Positions 26,440 through 32,000 of a stretch of DNA of 32,000 bases are shown here, piece after piece. The position numbers and the translations under genes are program-made. A model generated the notes under the pieces. The model was given only the letters and a program-made list of their open reading frames with translations. It did not search any database and was not told where the DNA came from. The stretch comes from Gemmata obscuriglobus (GTDB lineage Bacteria; Planctomycetota; Planctomycetia; Gemmatales; Gemmataceae). The stretch is taken from assembly GCF_008065095.1 (NCBI RefSeq), contig NZ_CP042911.1:7230001-7262000 (forward strand), read 5' to 3'. Each line of letters opens with the position of its first letter. The stretch's first letter is position 1.

Positions 26440-27191
26440 GACTTGCCTCCCTTGGCGTCCTTGGGCGGGGCGGGCGCGTCCTTCTTCGGGGCCGCCACTT
26501 CGGGCAGCTTCGGCGACACCGCTTCGGCCTTGCCGAACCCGCGGCCCGCGTTCGCCCCGGTCACCGCGGTGACGGAAGCGTCCGCCGGGATCGGCGGGGC
26601 GGACGACTTGAACAGCGCCTTCAGGGCGTCGTCGCCGAGCGAGAGCGTCTTGTCGAGGCCGATGCGGTCCTTCCCGCTCACGAACAGTTCCGGGTGCTGG
26701 TCCTTGTTCGGGATCAGGTCTTCGGGGTGCAGTTCGGGCGAGTTACCCGCCTTCACACTCAGTTCGGGCCGCGTGATCGCGCGGGACTCGCCCTCGCGGA
26801 GCTTCAGCGGTTCGAGCCGCGGCTGATCGATTTCTTTACCGCGCCCGGTGCGGGCGAGCCGCTCGTTCAGCGGCGGCTTGTTCCGCGCCTGCGCCTGCGG
26901 GTGCGCCGCCGGGTCCACGCGGGCCGGCGCCAGGACCAGGAACACCGCGGTGGTGATGCCGAACGCCAGGACGAAGAAGAACACCACCAGCGCTGGGACG
27001 CTGAGCACCGTCTTCGCGTCGTACACGTCCTCTTCGTACCCGCGGACGATCACCTCGGCCGCGGGCGGACCGCTCGTGTCGTGGTCGTCGTGCGACGGCT
27101 GACCGGGCGCCTTCGGTGCGAGTACGTTCACGGGGTCGGCCCCGGGGTTCGGCGACGGGGTCGGGCCGCCGTGCAGCGGATCAGTGGCCAT
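26436..27191 (-). CDS. Hypothetical single-pass membrane protein (251 aa) embedded in the ACIII-oxidase operon
   Basis: ATG 27191 with GGAGGG 8 nt upstream. It overlaps the actF 3' end by 11 nt and the sco start by 4 nt. One TM (LSVPALVVFFFVLAFGITTAVFLVLAP) is flanked by Pro/Asp-rich N-terminal and Lys/Pro/Glu-rich C-terminal regions. High GC3. No cofactor motif. Confidence 0.7.
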   Translation of the reverse strand: MATDPLHGGPTPSPNPGADPVNVLAPKAPGQPSHDDHDTSGPPAAEVIVRGYEEDVYDAKTVLSVPALVVFFFVLAFGITTAVFLVLAPARVDPAAHPQAQARNKPPLNERLARTGRGKEIDQPRLEPLKLREGESRAITRPELSVKAGNSPELHPEDLIPNKDQHPELFVSGKDRIGLDKTLSLGDDALKALFKSSAPPIPADASVTAVTGANAGRGFGKAEAVSPKLPEVAAPKKDAPAPPKDAKGGKS

Positions 27192-28641
27192 GTTCGTGTC
27201 CCTCCGGCAGCAGGAACGCCTGGTTGTCCGGGAAAATCGGCCGCTGCTTGAGCTGGTACACGAAGTACAGCAGCCACAGCCCGCCCACGCCCAGCACCGC
27301 GCCGACGTCCATCAGGAACGCCGGGGACTTGCTCTGCGGGGCGCTCGGGGCGATCCACCAGATCACGTCAATGCCACAGATCACCAGCAGGTACAGCGCC
27401 ACGACCCGCAGGCGCTTCGGGTGCAGTTTGATGCCGCGGAACAGCAGCAGCAGGAACGGCAGCGCGAAGTGCAGCGCGATCAGCGCGGCCGACACGTACC
27501 ACCAGAACGACCGGTCCCCGGACTCGTTCGACCGCTTCAGGTAGAACGGGATCTCTTCGGGCAGGTTCCCGATCCAGATCAGCATGAACTGGCTGAACGA
27601 GGTGTACGACCAGAACAGGGTGAACACCAGCATCAGCGTGGCCATGTCGAGCTGGAACTTCGGCCGCATGAACCCCTTGAACGGGGGCCGGTCGGCGATC
27701 AGCAGGAACAGCGCCAGGCAGAACGCGAACGTGGTGAGGAACGTGTTCACCGTGAAGATCACGGGGAACATGGTGCTCGACCAGCCCGGCTCGAGCGACA
27801 TCACCCACATCGTGCACGCCGCGGTGTTGACGATCGCGTAGACCACCAGCCCGATCGAGGAGATGTTCTTGAGCTTCTCCAGGCCGGCGTCCACCTTGCT
27901 CGGGTCGGTCGCGTCGGAGGTCTCCTTGCCCCAGCGGTTGAGGAAGAAGATCAGAACGCCCCACACCGTGAAGCAGACGGCGCTGGTGATCATGAACCCG
28001 GGCACGGAGGTGAACCCGTAGATCCCCTCTTCGCGCTCTTTGCGCTCGGCCGCCTTCTGAACCTCGACCGCCTTCTGCAACATCCGCTTGCCGTAGGCCT
28101 CGGCCTTCTCGCGGTTCTTGTTGATCGTGTGGTCGTCAGCCTTGGCGTGGTCGTGACCGTCGTGCCCCGCGTCCGCGCCGTGGTCGTCGTGCGCGTGGGA
28201 CGGGTTGGACCACCAGTACGGCGACAGCGGCGCCTCGTGCGTCGTGTGGTCCTTGAACGCGACCGCCGCGGCGATCGGCAGGAAGAACAGCACGAGGAGC
28301 GGGAGTGTCCGCGACGCGGCCTCCAGGGGCCGCGTCAGCAGCAGGCCCCACGATGTCTTCGCGACGTAGCGGATCATCAGCAGGGCCAGCGCGCCGATCG
28401 GCAGGCTGAGCCAGTAGGTGTACCCGGACAGGTACGCGACGAAGAACCGCGCCTTCGCGAATTGCTTCGCCTCAGCCCCTTCGGCGGCGCCGAGGTTGAG
28501 GAAGCCGATGATGGCGAACAGGGCCCAACCCACGACCGCGAGGATGACCCCGGTGCGGGTGTAGCCGGACCAGTTGGGCTGGTCCGTGTGCGCCGGCGCG
28601 GCGTGTCCGGTGCCGTGTGGGGCAGCGGGATGCGTGCTCAC
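27181..28641 (-). CDS. actF: Alternative Complex III subunit ActF (NrfD-like polytopic membrane subunit)
   Basis: 486-aa polytopic membrane protein directly after actE, in the canonical actABCDEF order. The GTG start overlaps the actE stop (GTGA) with GGGAGGA upstream. The call rests on synteny and membrane-protein character. Confidence 0.8.
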   Translation of the reverse strand: MSTHPAAPHGTGHAAPAHTDQPNWSGYTRTGVILAVVGWALFAIIGFLNLGAAEGAEAKQFAKARFFVAYLSGYTYWLSLPIGALALLMIRYVAKTSWGLLLTRPLEAASRTLPLLVLFFLPIAAAVAFKDHTTHEAPLSPYWWSNPSHAHDDHGADAGHDGHDHAKADDHTINKNREKAEAYGKRMLQKAVEVQKAAERKEREEGIYGFTSVPGFMITSAVCFTVWGVLIFFLNRWGKETSDATDPSKVDAGLEKLKNISSIGLVVYAIVNTAACTMWVMSLEPGWSSTMFPVIFTVNTFLTTFAFCLALFLLIADRPPFKGFMRPKFQLDMATLMLVFTLFWSYTSFSQFMLIWIGNLPEEIPFYLKRSNESGDRSFWWYVSAALIALHFALPFLLLLFRGIKLHPKRLRVVALYLLVICGIDVIWWIAPSAPQSKSPAFLMDVGAVLGVGGLWLLYFVYQLKQRPIFPDNQAFLLPEGHEHGH

Positions 28642-29498
28642 TTCTTTCCTCCCGCCTCGTCGACCAGCTTCTTAAGTTCGGGGGGCAGCTTCGCCGCCTC
28701 GGCGCTCTGGCTCAGTTGCAGCAGCCGGACGTAGGCGATGATCCGCCAGCGGTCCTTCGCGTCGATCTGCGCGGAGTAGCTCGGCATGCCGCCGTACCCC
28801 TTCGTGATGACCTCGAAGTAGTAGCCGACCGGGGCGTCCGTCATCGGCACCTCGTGGCCCCACAGCTTGTACCCGCGGGAGTACCCCAGCTTCTCGGCCG
28901 GGTTCTTCAGCTTCACCTCGTCCGCCGTCACCTCTTTGGTGTGGAACGAGGTCGGCGTGAGGTACCCGCGCTCCCAGATCTTGCCCTGACCGTTCCCGTA
29001 CGGGCCGTGGCACACCGCGCAGAAGATGGTGTACCGCTCCTGGCCGCGTTTCAGGTCCGCGTGGGTCATCTGGAACGGGTACTCGTCTACGAACACCTTG
29101 GTGGCGTCGCCCGGGGCGATCCTCGGGGCGCCGAAGGCGCGGGTCTTGCGGTCCTCTTCGGAAACCGTCACCGCGTCCAGCTTCGCGATGGGGCGGCTGT
29201 ACTCGTAGGCCCGCTTCCACTCGTCCTGGGTCAGTCCGGTCACGAGCGGGTCGCTCTCCAGGTACTGCCCGCGGTGGATCGTGTTGCGTTCGATGGGCCG
29301 GCTGGCCCGCTTGTCCGGGAAGAACTCGGTCTCTTCCAGCGGCCGGTAGTACGGCTGGTCGGACATCTTCTGCCGGCACCCGCCCGCCGCCGCAGCAGCG
29401 ACGAAAAGGCAAAAGTAAAAAGTAAAAAGGCAAAACCGACGGCGGTTGCTCGTTTTGACTTTTGCCTTTTCACTTTCAACTTCGAATGACGCAGTCAT
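28638..29498 (-). CDS. actE: Alternative Complex III subunit ActE (monohaem cytochrome c lipoprotein)
   Basis: Signal plus lipobox RRRFCLFTFYFCLFVAAAAAGGC. A single CxxCH (CAVCHGPYG) with GGMPSY as Met ligand region. ATG 29498 overlaps the actD stop (ATGA) with GAGGAGG upstream. Confidence 0.85.
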   Translation of the reverse strand: MTASFEVESEKAKVKTSNRRRFCLFTFYFCLFVAAAAAGGCRQKMSDQPYYRPLEETEFFPDKRASRPIERNTIHRGQYLESDPLVTGLTQDEWKRAYEYSRPIAKLDAVTVSEEDRKTRAFGAPRIAPGDATKVFVDEYPFQMTHADLKRGQERYTIFCAVCHGPYGNGQGKIWERGYLTPTSFHTKEVTADEVKLKNPAEKLGYSRGYKLWGHEVPMTDAPVGYYFEVITKGYGGMPSYSAQIDAKDRWRIIAYVRLLQLSQSAEAAKLPPELKKLVDEAGGKK

Positions 29499-30094
29499 TC
29501 CATCACCTCCTCGACCGACAGCGGGTGGAGGCCGTTAAAGAGCTCGCGGGCCTTGGCGGCGTCGAACTGCGGGTCCGTCGCCTCGATACACACGAAGAAC
29601 CGGTCCCGCGAGGCCCGGTCGAACTTCGCGCTGTTGAACAGCGGGTGGTTGAACCGCGGCAGCCCGCACAGCGCCATCAGGCCGAAGAAGCCCGACAGCG
29701 CGGTGGTCAGCACCATCATCTCGAACGTGACCGGCACGAACGACGGCCACGAGAAGTACGGCCGGCCGGCGATGTTCAGCGAGTAGCCGTACGTGTTCGC
29801 CCAGTACTGCATGATGAAGCCCGCGCACGCACCGGTGAGCCCACCGATGAACATGATCGGCCCCATCTCGCTCTTGGGGAAGTTGAGCGCGTCCGCGGCC
29901 TCGCCGACCGGGTACGGGCTGTACGCGTCCACGTGCGTGTAGCCCGCCTTGGTCACCGCCGCCGTGGCGTGCGACATCTGGTCGGCGGTCTCGAACTCGG
30001 CCAGGACGCCCCACAGCACGGGCACGGTGGGGTCCGGGTGGTGATGCGCGGGGCCCGGATCGTGGGCCGCACCCGGGGTGACGGTCGTACTCAC
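29495..30094 (-). CDS. actD: Alternative Complex III subunit ActD (DUF3341-type)
   Basis: LWGVLAEFETADQMSHATAAVTKAGYTHVDAYSPYPV followed by two hydrophobic helices fits ActD. The GTG at 30094 overlaps the actC stop (GTGA) with GGAG 8 nt upstream. The rest of track ORF 29495..31366 is an out-of-frame shadow of actC. Confidence 0.8.
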   Translation of the reverse strand: MSTTVTPGAAHDPGPAHHHPDPTVPVLWGVLAEFETADQMSHATAAVTKAGYTHVDAYSPYPVGEAADALNFPKSEMGPIMFIGGLTGACAGFIMQYWANTYGYSLNIAGRPYFSWPSFVPVTFEMMVLTTALSGFFGLMALCGLPRFNHPLFNSAKFDRASRDRFFVCIEATDPQFDAAKARELFNGLHPLSVEEVME

Positions 30095-31530
30095 GGCGCG
30101 TTCTCCATGATCGAGTGGCCGCCGCCGCCGCCCTGCTTCTTGGGCAGGAGCTCGCGCATCTCGGTGATCGAGATCATCGGCAGGTATCGGAGGAACAAGA
30201 AGAACAGGAACAGGAACAGGCCCACGGAGCCGATCATGGTCGCGTAGTCCCAGACCGTCGGGGCGTACTGGCCCCACGCGCTCGGCAGGTACTCGCGGGT
30301 CAGCGTGATCACGATCACGTACCGCTCGAACCACATCCCGATGAGCACGCAGACGCAGTTGACCTCGAGCCAGAACGCGCTGCGGCGCACCCGCTTGGAC
30401 CACAGCAGCGTCAGCGGGATCACGCAGTTGAACCCGATCAGGCACCAGTACGACCAGCCGTACCGGCCGAACACCCGCTCCAGGGTGGTGCCCCACTCGT
30501 AGAGGCTGTGGCCGTACCAGGCCATCCAGATCTCGGAGAAGTAGCCGTAGGTGACCAGGAACCCGGTCGCCAGCATCACCTTGCCGCAGATGTCCAGGTG
30601 GTGGTCGGTGAAGAAGTCCTCGAGCTTGTACCACTTGCGGACCGGGATGGCGATCGCCACCACCATCGCGAAGCCCGAGTAGATGGCCCCGGCGACGAAG
30701 AACGGCGGGAAGATCGTGGCGTGCCACAGCGGCACGATCGACACGGCGAAGTCGAAGGACACCACCGTGTGCACCGAGAGCACCAGCGGCGTGCTGATGC
30801 CGCCGAGGATCAGGTAGACCTTTTCGTACCGCCGCCAGTGGATGGCCGAGCCGCGCCAGCCGAGGGCCAGCAGGCCGTACACGACCCGCTGCCACCGCTT
30901 CTTGGCGTCGTCGCGGAGCGCCGCGAGGTCCGGCACCAGCCCGAGGTACCAGAACACCAGCGACACGGTGAAGTACGTGGTGACCGCGTACACGTCCCAC
31001 GCCAGCGGGCTGCGGAACTGCGGGTACACGCCGGCCACGTTCGGGAACGGGTACATCCAGTAGGCGAACCACGGGCGGCCCATGTGGATCAGCGGGAACA
31101 CGCCCGCGCACATGACCGCGAAGATGGTCATCGCCTCGGAGAACCGGTTGATGCTCGTGCGCCACTTCTGGTGCAGCAGCAGCAGCACGGCGGAGATCAG
31201 CGTGCCGGCGTGGCCGATGCCGATCCACCACACGAAGTTGACGATCGCGAAGCCCCAGGCGGTCGGGACGTTCAGGCCCCAGACCCCCGTGCCCCAGTAA
31301 AAGAGCCAGGCCACCGCGACGGCCAGGATCTGGAGCATCGCGAAGCCGGCCAGGAACCCGATCCACCAGCCCCGCGGGTGCTGGCCGTCGAGGACCACGC
31401 TGCCGATCGCGTTGCCGACCGAGACCAGCCCGTGCGGCTTCTGGTCGTACACGCTCTTGACGAGCGCGTGCATCTCGGGCTCGAGCGGCAACTCGGTCGA
31501 GCGCGCGGGAGGATGTTCCGCTGTCGCCAC
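30091..31530 (-). CDS. actC: Alternative Complex III subunit ActC (NrfD/PsrC-family quinol-interacting membrane subunit)
   Basis: 479-aa polytopic protein with NrfD-like helices (WGLNVPTAWGFAIVNFVWWIGIGHAGTLISA...), directly downstream of the FeS subunit. GTG start at 31530. Confidence 0.88.
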   Translation of the reverse strand: MATAEHPPARSTELPLEPEMHALVKSVYDQKPHGLVSVGNAIGSVVLDGQHPRGWWIGFLAGFAMLQILAVAVAWLFYWGTGVWGLNVPTAWGFAIVNFVWWIGIGHAGTLISAVLLLLHQKWRTSINRFSEAMTIFAVMCAGVFPLIHMGRPWFAYWMYPFPNVAGVYPQFRSPLAWDVYAVTTYFTVSLVFWYLGLVPDLAALRDDAKKRWQRVVYGLLALGWRGSAIHWRRYEKVYLILGGISTPLVLSVHTVVSFDFAVSIVPLWHATIFPPFFVAGAIYSGFAMVVAIAIPVRKWYKLEDFFTDHHLDICGKVMLATGFLVTYGYFSEIWMAWYGHSLYEWGTTLERVFGRYGWSYWCLIGFNCVIPLTLLWSKRVRRSAFWLEVNCVCVLIGMWFERYVIVITLTREYLPSAWGQYAPTVWDYATMIGSVGLFLFLFFLFLRYLPMISITEMRELLPKKQGGGGGHSIMENAP

Positions 31531-31531
31531 G

Positions 31532-32000
31532 TCAGTTCCCCTTCGGCATTGCGGGGTTCGGGTTACGGATCGCGGCCATGTGCGTGAGCCGCGGACGGGT
31601 GTTGATCTCGGCCAGCAGCCCGTAGTTGGCGGGCTCGTTCTTCCACTTCGAGACGGCGCTCTCGGCGTCGTTGAGGTCGCCGAACACGATCGCCCCGGAC
31701 GGGCACGCCGACTGGCACGCGGTCAGGATCTCGCCGTCGCGGATCTGCCGGAACTCGCGCTCCGCGACGATCTCGGCCCCGCGGATCCGCTGCACGCAGA
31801 ACGTGCACTTCTCCATCACCCCGCGGCTCCGCACCGACACGTCCGGGTTGCGCCCGAGCTTCAGGGTGTCCGTGGCCCAGTCCTGGAACGTGAGGAAGTT
31901 GAACCGCCGCACCTTGTACGGGCAGTTGTTCGAGCAGTACCGGGTGCCGACGCAGCGGTTGTACGCCATGTCGTTGAGCCCGTCGCTGCTGTGGACCGTG
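31532..32000 (-). CDS. actB: Alternative Complex III subunit ActB, C-terminal 4Fe-4S ferredoxin-like part (5' end beyond window)
   Basis: The frame stays open to the window edge (...[35 protein letters not shown]...). Cys clusters [19 protein letters not shown] and [10 protein letters not shown] are typical of the FeS subunit of the CISM/ACIII family. Confidence 0.88.
   Translation of the reverse strand, partial: TVHSSDGLNDMAYNRCVGTRYCSNNCPYKVRRFNFLTFQDWATDTLKLGRNPDVSVRSRGVMEKCTFCVQRIRGAEIVAEREFRQIRDGEILTACQSACPSGAIVFGDLNDAESAVSKWKNEPANYGLLAEINTRPRLTHMAAIRNPNPAMPKGN

Noticed and set aside
30095-31366. Upstream two-thirds of the 623-aa ORF 29495..31366
   Set aside because: It is an out-of-frame shadow of actC (Arg/Pro/Gly/Asp-rich). 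Only the last 199 codons, from GTG 30094, look like ActD.

Overview
Very GC-rich window with a strong G/C bias at codon position 3, so the six-frame track is full of long spurious Arg/Pro/Gly-rich shadow ORFs and over-extended starts. I infer a Planctomycetota (Gemmata-like) chromosome from gene content; this cannot be verified here. About half the window (17.1-32.0 kb, minus strand) is one co-directional respiratory cluster. It holds Alternative Complex III (actB partial, actC, actD, actE, actF), an uncharacterised single-TM ORF, a membrane-anchored SCO copper chaperone, caa3-type cytochrome c oxidase subunits II/I/III/IV, a dihaem cytochrome c lipoprotein, haem A synthase, haem O synthase and a second SCO lipoprotein. 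Most junctions are 4-nt ATGA/GTGA overlaps preceded by Shine-Dalgarno-like GGAGG motifs. The remainder encodes a giant fused CcsBA (ResB-CcsA) cytochrome c synthetase of 1428 aa with an internal 132-codon tandem duplication. It also encodes rplM-rpsI (S9 carries a ~70-aa Ala/Pro-rich insertion), a tail-anchored Ser/Thr kinase, dTDP-4-dehydrorhamnose reductase, a Tat-signal TIM-barrel isomerase-like protein, an EamA transporter, an NPCBM-domain protein and several hypothetical secreted or membrane proteins. One CDS (1..1438, minus) is absent from the ORF track because it runs off the window. I found no tRNA, rRNA, CRISPR array, transposase or recognisable defence system, so this looks like core housekeeping DNA. 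The items most worth follow-up are the unknown ORF wedged between actF and sco, His/Asp-rich tracts in several ACIII subunits, an AT-rich palindrome encoding the ActE signal peptide, a perfect 40-bp palindrome at 9241-9328, and a composite inverted/direct repeat element at 15551-15705. All homology calls rest on motif recognition by eye, with no database search.
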